A stretch of 52,692 nucleotides of DNA. Origin: a virus. Lineage: Duplodnaviria; Caudoviricetes. The notes beneath the pieces were generated by a model that did not search any database, was not told where the DNA came from, and saw only the letters and a list, made by a program, of their open reading frames with translations. Location: positions 1 to 52,692 of IMG/VR virus record IMGVR_UViG_3300014827_000003. One strand, 5' to 3'. Made by a program: the position numbers and the translations under genes. Positions 37,362-46,696 of the stretch are shown here, piece after piece; the first letter of the stretch is position 1; each line of letters starts with the position of its first letter.

Positions 37362-39401
37362 ATGCTATATATCGATTTCGAATACAATAGAACTACGCAC
37401 GAATTTGTTAATCTTGTATGCTGCTCGGCCTATGACGATGTAACAAATGAAACAAAAGAATGGTGGCTGTGCAACGATACAAAGGCACAAGCTAATCTCA
37501 AAGCATATCTGTTAGGTAACAAGGATACCGCCCTTTTTTCCTGGGCAGCAATAGCAGAAGCTCGCTCCTTTATTTCGTTGGGAATTAATCCAGTAGACTT
37601 TAAATGGATAGACGGATTTTTAGAATACCGTTGCCTGACAAATCACAATGATGAATTAGGTTATGGGGAGCAGCTAATAGATGGCGTAGTTAAAATGACT
37701 AAACGGCCTCCAGCTAAGTGGAAAAGAACGGAAGAAGATAAAAATAGTGGATTTAAACCTAAACATAATTTAGCAGAAGCTACCTTTAAATTAACTGGAA
37801 ATATTAGAGATACAAAACATAAAGATGAGATGAGGGATTTAATTATCTCAGATCCAGAAGAATTTACAGAAGAAGAAAAAAATAAAATTCAAAAATACTG
37901 TACTGAGGACGTTAAATTTCTACCTGAAATTTATGACTCTATCCTTGAACACTATAAATCCTTAATCGTAGATTTAAACTATGCTGAGTTAAAGGAAGAA
38001 ATGTTTTTAAGGGGAAAATATGCTGCCCTAACAGCTAAAATGGAAAGTTGGGGATACCCAATAGATTATAATAAAACTAAAAATTTCTCTACGTCCGTAG
38101 GTCCATTACTCGATGAGTGTCAACGAGAGATAAATCAGTTATTTCCTGGGATAAAGCCTTTTAAGTATTCTCGCAAAGATCGAAGATTTGCAATGGATAC
38201 TAAAGCAATCAAGGCATGGTTACATGCTAATGTCGATACTAAGCGATGGCTTAAAACTGATGGTGGGGTCAAGAAGATTCCTGATTTATCTCTTTCTTTA
38301 GATGCTTGGACAGGCATATTCAATTTTAAGCATGACTACCCGAAAGATAATTTCGGAGCTCAGATGGTTAGGTATTTTAAATTAAAACAAAATCTAAATG
38401 GATTCGTACCTAGTCCTGATCCAGATAAAAGAACATTTTGGAGTGCTGTAGGCCCTGACCAAAGGGTTAGAGCTTATTTCAATATTTACGGATCTCAGAG
38501 TTCTCGCTCTCAACCAGGATCAACTAGCTTCCTATTTTTGAAACCAGCTTGGATGAGATCTCTATGTTCTCCTATAAAAGGAAAAGCAATTGGAGCAATC
38601 GATTATGGATCTGAAGAGTTTTTAATTTGTGCCTTGGTAAGTAAGTGCCAAGCAATGATTGACTCGTATTTATCAGGTGATGTGTACTTATACTTCTCAA
38701 AACTGGCTGGTGCCGTTCCTTGGGACGGCACTAGAGCGCAATACGCTAAAGAGAGAAACATCTTCAAACAAGTAGTTTTATCAATTTCCTTCCAACAGAC
38801 CGCTAAAGGATTAAGCACTAAATTAACAGAAGAGATGGGCGAAGAATTTACTGAAGCTCAAGCACAAGATTTAATTAATACCTTTTATAATGTTTACCCC
38901 GAGTTCGCTATCTTCCAAGAAGAAACAAAGAATAATTACTTAGCAGAGAGGATAGTTAAAATTCCGTGCGGTTGGTACATGTTTGGAGATAATGATAATT
39001 TCCGTAGTTCTAATAATGTTGTTTTCCAAGGTTTCGGGGGTTCGATAATGAGAAAGGCCGTTGAGTTTGCTGATGAAATGGGGTTGAAAGTAATCTTAAC
39101 ATTGCATGATGCTCTCTACATAGAATTTGATTCAAATGATACTACTGCCCTAGCTACACTTAAAGTAGCAATGAGAAAAGCGTTCGAGTTTTATTTCGAG
39201 GGGGAAATGCGCGAAGCTGCTTCTAAAATAAAAATGGACGTATTCGCTTGGAGTCCTGATTATAGAAAAGATACTACTATGCTTTTATCGGATGGGGAAG
39301 AAATAGACACTACTGACATCTATCGTGACGAAAGAGCTTTAAAGGAATACGAACAATTTTCTAAATATTTTAATGCTCGTCCAGAAGAGGATTATTTATG
39401 A
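37362..39401 (+). CDS. polA: family A DNA polymerase with 3'-5' exonuclease
   Basis: ExoI DFE, ExoIII YCTED, motif A DYGSEE, motif B R...K...L, motif C LHDALY. Confidence 0.9.
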   Translation: MLYIDFEYNRTTHEFVNLVCCSAYDDVTNETKEWWLCNDTKAQANLKAYLLGNKDTALFSWAAIAEARSFISLGINPVDFKWIDGFLEYRCLTNHNDELGYGEQLIDGVVKMTKRPPAKWKRTEEDKNSGFKPKHNLAEATFKLTGNIRDTKHKDEMRDLIISDPEEFTEEEKNKIQKYCTEDVKFLPEIYDSILEHYKSLIVDLNYAELKEEMFLRGKYAALTAKMESWGYPIDYNKTKNFSTSVGPLLDECQREINQLFPGIKPFKYSRKDRRFAMDTKAIKAWLHANVDTKRWLKTDGGVKKIPDLSLSLDAWTGIFNFKHDYPKDNFGAQMVRYFKLKQNLNGFVPSPDPDKRTFWSAVGPDQRVRAYFNIYGSQSSRSQPGSTSFLFLKPAWMRSLCSPIKGKAIGAIDYGSEEFLICALVSKCQAMIDSYLSGDVYLYFSKLAGAVPWDGTRAQYAKERNIFKQVVLSISFQQTAKGLSTKLTEEMGEEFTEAQAQDLINTFYNVYPEFAIFQEETKNNYLAERIVKIPCGWYMFGDNDNFRSSNNVVFQGFGGSIMRKAVEFADEMGLKVILTLHDALYIEFDSNDTTALATLKVAMRKAFEFYFEGEMREAASKIKMDVFAWSPDYRKDTTMLLSDGEEIDTTDIYRDERALKEYEQFSKYFNARPEEDYL

Positions 39402-39682
39402 AAGAAGTTCAAGAAAAACTTTTTAAATTTTATATGAATTATGAAGATGCAATTCATGACACAAATCGCACGTTCCATATTGTAGAAGTTGAAGGCGGAA
39501 TTCCTCCTCAAGAAGATATAAAAGTTGTAGACATTGTTTCGAACACAATTATATATTCTGAGGAACAATATTATAAAGTTCAAGATCTGCTCGATGCAGT
39601 TTTTAAATTTAAGAAAGTGAAAAGAGAAACTTTATTCGGAACAATTTTCGAAGATGTTTATATCTTTAATAATTATGAGTAA
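39398..39682 (+). CDS. hypothetical protein
   Basis: ATGA coupling to polA. Confidence 0.6.
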   Translation: MKEVQEKLFKFYMNYEDAIHDTNRTFHIVEVEGGIPPQEDIKVVDIVSNTIIYSEEQYYKVQDLLDAVFKFKKVKRETLFGTIFEDVYIFNNYE

Positions 39683-39725
39683 ACGGTCGCTCTCATTCCG
39701 AGGGCACATAATAAAGGAGTTTCCA

Positions 39726-40121
39726 ATGGAAGCACAAAAAAGAAAATTCACTGTAACAAAAACAATTTCTGCTCAACAGAGCTACCGAAAACTTTCAGAG
39801 TATTCTGAGGGTGACACTGTAGTAGGTAAGTATGTTGGGACTCACGTTTGCCAGTACGACAAACAAAATCCAAAAATTCAAGTACTAGAAGCTATCTTCA
39901 AAGATGGTACTGGCCCAGCATTAGCAGGGAAAATTCTAGTAGTTAATCATTGTGGAGCTTTAGGTAAAGCAATGGAAGAAGTAGAAGTTGGAGAGTACGT
40001 TCAACTTGAATATACTGGAACTGTTCCTTTAACTAAGGGTAAATTCGCTGGTAAAGATTGCTATACTTTCGATGTGCAAGTAGTTACTCTAGACGAAGGT
40101 GATGCAAGTGATAGCCTCTAG
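39726..40121 (+). CDS. putative single-stranded DNA-binding protein (OB fold)
   Basis: AAGGAG RBS; G..V.G.Y.G, VG.YV.LEY.G; acidic C-tail. Confidence 0.6.
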   Translation: MEAQKRKFTVTKTISAQQSYRKLSEYSEGDTVVGKYVGTHVCQYDKQNPKIQVLEAIFKDGTGPALAGKILVVNHCGALGKAMEEVEVGEYVQLEYTGTVPLTKGKFAGKDCYTFDVQVVTLDEGDASDSL

Positions 40122-41040
40122 AGGATTAATCTTCGATATGAGTAGTGATGAGTATCATGGGATGGGTGGAACTTATTCATCCTCCCAACTCAAAACCATG
40201 CTCGAAGATCCTGAAATATTCTATAAAAAATATATTACCAAGGAAATTCCTAAAGAAAGTAACAGTGCATTCGACATTGGTACATACTTCCATACAGCTA
40301 TCCTTGAACCGCATAATCTAGATAATGAGTGTGCGGTGTTCACTGGAGCTAAGAGAATTGGAGTTGCTTGGGAAGCTTTTAAAGTAGCTCATGCTGGAAA
40401 GGCAATCATAACTAATAGTGAGTATGACAAGGCCCAAGTACTAGTCAAAGCTATTAAAGCCTCTCCAATTGCTATGAAGTACCTAGAAGGTAGTAAGGCG
40501 GAGGTATCTACTTTCGTAGATATTTTTGTCCTCGATAAGAAGGTGTACACTTCAATTAAAGGAAGTATTCATATTCTATCCGCTATCGGTTGGGAGGGTA
40601 GTATCAGTATGTCTCTTGAACTATTACAAGAATTTGCAGTTAAACTAACACTGAAGGTTCGTGCTGATAGTATAAGAGTGGGGGAGGGGATTATCTCTGA
40701 CCTTAAGAGCACAGGAGGAAACTGCAAAAATAAACATGATATAGAAGCTAAAGTTGCCTCGTATGAGTATGACTTATCGGCTTCACTGTATCTGGATATT
40801 TTTACTGCTGCCACTGGTGAGCTTTACCATACCTTCGCTTGGTTATTCGCAAGCAAAGACATGGGTAATTCTAAAACTTGGCTTGCTAGCGAGAGACAAA
40901 AAATCGTTGGAAGGTATAAGTGGCGAAATGCTGTAGTCCTTTTAGCTAAATACATTAGCGAAGATTGGATTTTCAGTGATGAAATAGGAATAGCAGATCC
41001 AACGTATTATAATGCAATTTTATTAAATGAGGAGTTTTAA
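40099..41040 (+). CDS. RecE/exonuclease VIII-like PD-(D/E)xK nuclease (DUF3799-like)
   Basis: YH...SSSQLK, GTYFHTAILEP, KVRAD...DLKST, Y.LSASLY. Confidence 0.85.
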   Translation: MMQVIASRGLIFDMSSDEYHGMGGTYSSSQLKTMLEDPEIFYKKYITKEIPKESNSAFDIGTYFHTAILEPHNLDNECAVFTGAKRIGVAWEAFKVAHAGKAIITNSEYDKAQVLVKAIKASPIAMKYLEGSKAEVSTFVDIFVLDKKVYTSIKGSIHILSAIGWEGSISMSLELLQEFAVKLTLKVRADSIRVGEGIISDLKSTGGNCKNKHDIEAKVASYEYDLSASLYLDIFTAATGELYHTFAWLFASKDMGNSKTWLASERQKIVGRYKWRNAVVLLAKYISEDWIFSDEIGIADPTYYNAILLNEEF

Positions 41041-41523
41041 ATGTTTGAAGTAAAAGTAGAGTTAAGTAGATTAGGGCCTAAACAATTTGAGCAAGATAAG
41101 ATAACTGTCACAACAAAATTAGATAATATCGGTGAGATTTCTCCTGCCATCCAAGCGATGAAAGAAGCGATACTTGGAGAATCTGATGTTGTTGTAACAG
41201 TGAAAGAAGTAGCAGTTAAAGAAACTATAACTAAATCTAAGCCTCCTGAAGATATTAAAGAGGAAGCAGTAGTCAAAGAAGAAAAAGTTAAAAAAGCTAA
41301 AGTAAAGGTTTCTCAGAAAGCTACGGCTTATGACAGATTGCTTGATACCCATAAAAAACTTTTAGCTGGTTTTCTAGATACCAATTTTATTGGTTGGAAA
41401 GCTCCTGCAACTTTAGTTAAAGCTGGTGCTGCTTCTGCTGCATTAGTAGGAGCAGATTTCTTAGATGGAGAGGGAGAAATTCTTCAATCATTTAAGGATG
41501 CATTCTTAGCGTACCTCAGATGA
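41041..41523 (+). CDS. hypothetical protein
   Basis: GAGGAG RBS; Lys/Glu/Val-rich linker. Confidence 0.7.
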   Translation: MFEVKVELSRLGPKQFEQDKITVTTKLDNIGEISPAIQAMKEAILGESDVVVTVKEVAVKETITKSKPPEDIKEEAVVKEEKVKKAKVKVSQKATAYDRLLDTHKKLLAGFLDTNFIGWKAPATLVKAGAASAALVGADFLDGEGEILQSFKDAFLAYLR

Positions 41524-41750
41524 TAGGTATGGTAGTTAAAATCGGAGAGTACTATTCTGGGAATGGTGAGGTAGTTAGAGTTACTGATTTAATCCTTATG
41601 AAATCTCCAGTTACCAATGTATTCTTAGATGGGGTTGTCTACATAACTGCGACAGGTTTGGGCCACGCTAGGTATGCTAGAACTCTATTAGATTTTGTAG
41701 AAAACTATAAACAACTTGAGATATTTGCAGATGAGTCAGTACACTCTTAA
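41520..41750 (+). CDS. hypothetical protein (DUF1653-like)
   Basis: G.YY...G...V...VVY...YAR...F. Confidence 0.5.
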   Translation: MIGMVVKIGEYYSGNGEVVRVTDLILMKSPVTNVFLDGVVYITATGLGHARYARTLLDFVENYKQLEIFADESVHS

Positions 41751-42993
41751 GGACTATCAAGAAACAACGGTCGCATTTGGGATTAAAAACTCTTATGCGA
41801 TCTTTGCTCTTAAAATGGGGCAAGGAAAATCTTTCTGTGCCCTTACAGTAGCTAAAAGAACTAAATCAAAAACGCTGATCATATGCCCCTCTTATCTTAA
41901 ACTTAAGTGGCAAGCAGAAATAAATAAATTCTATCCTGGAACTGTTTCGTCGATATTTAATAATGATAAGGAATTCTATTTTCCTTGGGACAGTGAGTTC
42001 GTAATAATAAGTTCTTCCTTCATCGAGAAAGCAGAAAAACTTTTTGAGTGGGCAGATTTGGTTGTTGCTGATGAAAGTCATATATACAAAACCATGTCTA
42101 GCCGTAGATGTGAGGCACTACATAAACATGTATTCGAGAACTCGATTAAACGCTTACTCCTTTTAACTGGAACTCCAATTCAAAATAGGGTTTATGAATT
42201 CTATTCTCTTATAGCACTTTGCCAATACAACCCCAGCTTAGAGGAGTCAGCGTTTCTCAAGGCCTATCCAAGCTATGTCGATTTTGCTAATAGATTTTCT
42301 AATCTTAGAGAGTTTTCAATCAATACTAAACGCGGTTCAAAAATTGTTCAACAGTGGGAAGGGTATAAAAATGAGGGGGAGTTAAAAGGATGGTTGAAAG
42401 ATATTTACATTCGTTTTGACTTGGAGGAAATGCCCTTTAAAGAGATATTTATTCCCGTTGATTACTCGGATGACCCAGAGTTACTGGAAGCATTCGAGAC
42501 TTTTTCAGCAGATGGGGAAAATAAATCTGTCATGAGTACAGTTAAGGCCAAAGCTGCTCTGGCCAAGGCCCCCTTTACCGTAGAGTATGTTAAAAATCTA
42601 TTGGAGCAAGATTCCCAGGTTGTAGTCTATAGCGACCATCCTGAAACAGCTAAATTTATTGCAGATAAGATTGGACTTTGCACTTCAATTGATGGGACAA
42701 CGGCCATGCATCTTAGACAGGCCCAAGCAGATAAATTCCAATCTGGAGCTCAGAAAATTATTGTTGCTACAATTGGCTCCTTCTCTACTGGAATTGATTT
42801 ATTCTCCTCGTATAACATGGTTTTTTCTGACCCTAATTGGGTTCCTGGTAACATGGACCAAGCGAAGGCAAGGATCTCTAGACTTGGCCAGACTAAAGAA
42901 TGTATTTTCCACTACATAATTGGATCGATTCAAGATGAAATAATACTAGATAGATTAGATAAAAAAAGAGAGACTATAAGAGCAATTATATAA
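41731..42993 (+). CDS. SNF2-like SF2 helicase
   Basis: MGQGKS, DESH, LLTGTPIQN, GIDL, QAKARISRLGQ. Confidence 0.92.
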   Translation: MSQYTLKDYQETTVAFGIKNSYAIFALKMGQGKSFCALTVAKRTKSKTLIICPSYLKLKWQAEINKFYPGTVSSIFNNDKEFYFPWDSEFVIISSSFIEKAEKLFEWADLVVADESHIYKTMSSRRCEALHKHVFENSIKRLLLLTGTPIQNRVYEFYSLIALCQYNPSLEESAFLKAYPSYVDFANRFSNLREFSINTKRGSKIVQQWEGYKNEGELKGWLKDIYIRFDLEEMPFKEIFIPVDYSDDPELLEAFETFSADGENKSVMSTVKAKAALAKAPFTVEYVKNLLEQDSQVVVYSDHPETAKFIADKIGLCTSIDGTTAMHLRQAQADKFQSGAQKIIVATIGSFSTGIDLFSSYNMVFSDPNWVPGNMDQAKARISRLGQTKECIFHYIIGSIQDEIILDRLDKKRETIRAII

Positions 42994-43005
42994 TTAGGAG
43001 TAGGT

Positions 43006-43197
43006 ATGGAAAACAAGGATAAAATCGAAGAGATCGCAGCAATCATAAAAATGTGTGAAGATCGCCTAGAAGAATTGGAAGTATCTATTAGAAGCACTAA
43101 CAATTCTGGCAAGAAAAGCCTTATGCAAGAAACCTATGTCCTTAATAAATCCTTCGTTAGGCATTACAAACAAATTCTTCAACGGGTATCAAGATGA
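43006..43197 (+). CDS. hypothetical protein
   Basis: AGGAG RBS. Confidence 0.6.
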   Translation: MENKDKIEEIAAIIKMCEDRLEELEVSIRSTNNSGKKSLMQETYVLNKSFVRHYKQILQRVSR

Positions 43198-43367
43198 AAA
43201 ATTTGATATTTGCTATTATCCTTCAAGTCATAGCTATATCTATTATACCTATCGCTACTTATTTAGAGGTAGCAGATAGCGATCTACCCTCCTTGGCCGT
43301 TTTAATTGTTAGTGCAATGGCCTTTCATCAGGTTTATAAATTCTGTGAAAAAAGCAAAACTCTTTAA
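43194..43367 (+). CDS. small two-TM membrane protein (57 aa)
   Basis: Own translation MKNLIFAIILQVIAISIIPIA...LAVLIVSAMAF; ATGA coupling. Confidence 0.55.
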   Translation: MKNLIFAIILQVIAISIIPIATYLEVADSDLPSLAVLIVSAMAFHQVYKFCEKSKTL

Positions 43368-43713
43368 ATCTAATACAGGTGGAACGGGTAAGAAATTTGC
43401 TAAAAAGCGAATGTATGAAACCGTTGAATGGGTTGAATTCAGGAATAGATTTATCCAAGCAAATTCTAAGTGTTATGCGTGCGGTTGTCGTGCTGTCATT
43501 GTGGATCATATTGTCTCAGCAAAAGGTGATGAAGGACTGTTCTGGAATGAGCTTAATTATATTCCATTATGTAAGCCCGATCACGATTACATAAGCGGTA
43601 AGTTTGATAGATACATACCCCCTAGAACTGAAGCCAAGCTTATATGGATTAACAACAAAAGATTGGAAACGGGGACCGCAATAAAGGTTCAAGTAGTTAG
43701 CCTAAAAAAATAA
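43345..43713 (+). CDS. HNH endonuclease, HK97 gp74-like packaging accessory type (start uncertain)
   Basis: Y....W...R...CYAC...VDHI..KGD..LFW...N..PLC..DH. Confidence 0.8.
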   Translation: MKKAKLFKSNTGGTGKKFAKKRMYETVEWVEFRNRFIQANSKCYACGCRAVIVDHIVSAKGDEGLFWNELNYIPLCKPDHDYISGKFDRYIPPRTEAKLIWINNKRLETGTAIKVQVVSLKK

Positions 43714-43770
43714 TTGAAAAATTTATATCGGTGTATTGTTGAATCCATATAAGCTTGGTAGAACTTATAT

Positions 43771-43881
43771 ATGAATAAAACAATTTTTGAACAATTAGAG
43801 GCGATCTATTTTGAGTTTCCCGATGATGATGGGGATTATGAAATAGAAACCGAGGATGAGGAAGATGAAGAAGAACAATAA
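43771..43881 (+). CDS. very acidic 36-aa peptide
   Basis: Own translation MNKTIFEQLEAIYFEFPDDDGDYEIETEDEEDEEEQ; no clear RBS. Confidence 0.5.
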   Translation: MNKTIFEQLEAIYFEFPDDDGDYEIETEDEEDEEEQ

Positions 43882-44068
43882 GTATGGACACGAAACACTT
43901 TGGCTGGATCTAGCTTATCTACAAAAAGAGTTTAAGCCTGATGACTCCTTCTCTAAACGACATAAGGATAAACTTAAACTGCTTTATTGGCTTATTGGAA
44001 GCTGTCTATTGATATATACGGCCGAGACAGTGGCAGTTGAACTAGCAATGAAATTAGGAGTTAAGTAA
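43856..44068 (+). CDS. hypothetical protein with C-terminal TM segment
   Basis: ORF packing. Confidence 0.55.
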   Translation: MRKMKKNNKYGHETLWLDLAYLQKEFKPDDSFSKRHKDKLKLLYWLIGSCLLIYTAETVAVELAMKLGVK

Positions 44069-44071
44069 TTA

Positions 44072-44404
44072 GTGGCAATCAAGCCAAAGGAGAATTATAT
44101 GAGTTCAAGTGAAATCATAAAAACAGAGAGCGACTTTAGAGAGTACTTAAAGAGTAAGAATTTTCATGTAAACGAAAAGCACGACAATGAGAATGGTATA
44201 GATATAGTAGCAATAAAAAACGGTCAATATTTCTTAATAGAAGTCAAGAAAACAACCCCATCAAAAGACGGATATAGGGTAAGATTAGACCAAAATACGA
44301 TGTGTGACTTTACGATAGTAATTGGGAGTAATGGATTATTTTATCCAAAAGAAACTCAAGGTAGGCCATATCAAAAGGTTGTAGATTTCATGGATTCAAT
44401 ATAG
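44072..44404 (+). CDS. PD-(D/E)xK nuclease (Hjc/restriction-endonuclease-like)
   Basis: E...L...F.V...GIDIVAIK.....IEVK. Confidence 0.75.
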   Translation: MAIKPKENYMSSSEIIKTESDFREYLKSKNFHVNEKHDNENGIDIVAIKNGQYFLIEVKKTTPSKDGYRVRLDQNTMCDFTIVIGSNGLFYPKETQGRPYQKVVDFMDSI

Positions 44405-44434
44405 CTATCTGGGTCTAATTAGTGGGGAATTAAA

Positions 44435-44638
44435 ATGATAAAAGTAGGCGACATATATTTATTGGAAAATACAAAGAATACATCTTACTTTGAAATTGTT
44501 CTTACTTGGGGCTTTGAAACAAGCAAGGTAAAGGTAGTATCGTGGGAAGACGCTTACCTTAAGGGGACTTTAACATTAAGCCGTCACTGGTTCACGGGTC
44601 TTGAATCTTTTAGGGCAACCAAAATAGGGGAATTATGA
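44435..44638 (+). CDS. hypothetical protein
   Basis: RBS; MIKVGD start typical of small phage proteins. Confidence 0.65.
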   Translation: MIKVGDIYLLENTKNTSYFEIVLTWGFETSKVKVVSWEDAYLKGTLTLSRHWFTGLESFRATKIGEL

Positions 44639-44865
44639 TGAGTGAGCAGGATAAGTTAAAAGAAGAGGCTTGGTGGATTGCATACAATGATTGCAAGTTA
44701 AGTCATATTGCACACATTCAGGACTATTTTAAAGCTGGCTACGAAGCCGCACCAAAAGGCATTGATAAGGAAAAGCTGATTGAGTTTTGTAAAAGCAGAA
44801 CTTACGCTAGTGCCTTGTTAGATATGATTAATAATGGTGATTTTGATATGAAGGGGGATTTATGA
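44635..44865 (+). CDS. hypothetical protein
   Basis: Shares first 10 residues with 45465 ORF. Confidence 0.65.
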   Translation: MMSEQDKLKEEAWWIAYNDCKLSHIAHIQDYFKAGYEAAPKGIDKEKLIEFCKSRTYASALLDMINNGDFDMKGDL

Positions 44866-45017
44866 GACCGTATAAAGTACTAGGACATTTTACAATAGAA
44901 ATTATGTGGATCGGGTTACTTAAAAGGAATACGACCACCTTTACATTTCCCAAATATACGGTAGGAAAAGTAATAAATATTTTTGGACTACTAATTTTGA
45001 TTTCCACAAGGACATAA
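44862..45017 (+). CDS. hypothetical protein (51 aa)
   Basis: Own translation MRPYKVLGHF...; ATGA coupling. Confidence 0.45.
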   Translation: MRPYKVLGHFTIEIMWIGLLKRNTTTFTFPKYTVGKVINIFGLLILISTRT

Positions 45018-45018
45018 A

Positions 45019-45468
45019 ATGACATCAGAAAATCTAGCGAAGTGGAGAGAGGAGTGTAGGATATTTGAAAACAGTCCACGCTCTGAAAACATTAACGGTC
45101 AAAGTTTTTATCTCGAAGCTTGCGAAAAGCGACAGGTGGAGATTGACGAGTTGAAAGCGAGAGCGGTTGTTCATGGTAAGACAATGTTTCACGAACTAAC
45201 CTTGTTTGATATTTCAGTCAAGGATTATCAAAAGCAAATCCAAAAACTCAAAGAACAGAAAGAATATATCATGGGGATGTATGATAGCGTGTTTAATGAA
45301 AATTTTAAGCTAAAAGAGCAGTTAAAGATTGAGAGGGAGTTAGTTGACGAAGCCTATCCCGAAATGCTGCCTTTGAAATATAAAGCAGTTCAAGAAAAAA
45401 GAGAGCCATATAAATATATTGATTGGCAAGAAAGAGTTAAATTAACCCAACAACAAAGGAGTGAGTGA
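45019..45468 (+). CDS. coiled-coil hypothetical protein
   Basis: KLKEQ repeats; ends LTQQQRSE. Confidence 0.7.
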   Translation: MTSENLAKWREECRIFENSPRSENINGQSFYLEACEKRQVEIDELKARAVVHGKTMFHELTLFDISVKDYQKQIQKLKEQKEYIMGMYDSVFNENFKLKEQLKIERELVDEAYPEMLPLKYKAVQEKREPYKYIDWQERVKLTQQQRSE

Positions 45469-45689
45469 TGAGTGAGCAGGATAAGTTAAAAGAGGATAAG
45501 GAAGTGGCGGCAATAATGAAGATAAATGAAGTTCTTAAGGAGATAAAAGACCCTGACGACATATCGAGAATCTTAGAATACTTCACGGCCAGGTATTGTT
45601 TTAGTTATAAAAACGGAAGAGAGTCAACACTTAGAAATATCGAGTTTATGCTTAATAAGTACTGCAAAACAGACATTAGTGAACCTTAA
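45465..45689 (+). CDS. hypothetical protein
   Basis: Starts within junction repeat. Confidence 0.65.
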   Translation: MMSEQDKLKEDKEVAAIMKINEVLKEIKDPDDISRILEYFTARYCFSYKNGRESTLRNIEFMLNKYCKTDISEP

Positions 45690-45692
45690 ATA

Positions 45693-46202
45693 GTGGAGAT
45701 GGAAATGACAGCTGAAAAATTAAAAGACATATTAGATAATCATAAAAAATGGCTAAGTAATAGCAACGAAGGGGCTAGAGCTAACTTGCGTGGAGCTAAC
45801 TTGTGTGGAGCTGACTTGCGTGGAGCTGACTTGCGTAGAGCTGACTTGCGTGGAGCTAACTTGCGTGGAGCTAACTTGAGGGAAGCTAACTTGTGTGGAG
45901 CTGACTTGAGGGGAGCTAACTTGTGTGGAGCTGACTTGCGTGGAGCTAACTTGAGGGAAGCTAACTTGCATAGAGCTGACTCAGACTTTTCGGTATTTAG
46001 AGGACTATCCGGAATGAAATGGTTTGTTTTGTTAAAAAATGATTCAGTAAAAATAGGATGCCAAGAACATTTATACAAAACATGGAAAGAATTTTCAGAT
46101 GATAAGATTTCTAAGATGAGCGAGGGAGCTTTAGGTTTTTACAACATGATTATTCCAGTGCTAGATTATCACTATAAAAATACTGAATGGGAAATTAAAT
46201 AA
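45693..46202 (+). CDS. pentapeptide-repeat protein, paralog 1
   Basis: 13 A(D/N)Lxx repeats; C-terminal IGCQEH..W domain. Confidence 0.9.
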   Translation: MEMEMTAEKLKDILDNHKKWLSNSNEGARANLRGANLCGADLRGADLRRADLRGANLRGANLREANLCGADLRGANLCGADLRGANLREANLHRADSDFSVFRGLSGMKWFVLLKNDSVKIGCQEHLYKTWKEFSDDKISKMSEGALGFYNMIIPVLDYHYKNTEWEIK

Positions 46203-46696
46203 TGGAGATAAAAATGAAAGCTGAAAAATTAAAAGACATATTAGATAATCATAAAAAATGGCTAAGTAATAGCAACGAAGGGGCTAGCGCTAACTTGCGT
46301 GGAGCTGACTTGAGGGGAGCTGACTTGAGGGGAGCTAACTTGCGTGGAGCTGACTTGAGTGGAGCTGACTTGAGGGGAGCTAACTTGAGTGGAGCTGACT
46401 TGAGTGGAGCTGACTTGCATGGAGCTGACTTGCGTGGAGCTAACTTGAGTGGAGCTGACTTGTATGGAGCTGAATCCGACTTTTCAATACTTGTAGGAAT
46501 ATCAGGAATGAGATGGTTTGTTTTGTTAAAAAATGATTCAGTAAAAATAGGATGCCAAGAACACACCTATAAATCGTGGAAGGAATTTTCAGATGGTGAG
46601 ATTTCTAAGATGAGCGAGGGAGCTTTGGATTTTTACTATATGATTATTCCAGCGCTAGATTATCACTACGAAAATACTGAATGGGAAATTAAATAA
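46202..46696 (+). CDS. pentapeptide-repeat protein, paralog 2
   Basis: 12 repeats; tandem duplicate of paralog 1. Confidence 0.9.
   Translation: MEIKMKAEKLKDILDNHKKWLSNSNEGASANLRGADLRGADLRGANLRGADLSGADLRGANLSGADLSGADLHGADLRGANLSGADLYGAESDFSILVGISGMRWFVLLKNDSVKIGCQEHTYKSWKEFSDGEISKMSEGALDFYYMIIPALDYHYENTEWEIK

Noticed and set aside
39380-39401. Shared C-terminal D-x-L motif on several proteins (PolA EDYL, 5088 ORF EDSL, SSB DSL)
   Set aside because: Largely explained by an overlapping GAGGAT RBS and NTGA start/stop coupling rather than a protein motif
45740-46566. Minus-strand ORFs with KSAP/QVSST repeats (also 50880-51167)
   Set aside because: Antisense shadows of the 15-bp pentapeptide repeats; no RBS, opposite to operon direction
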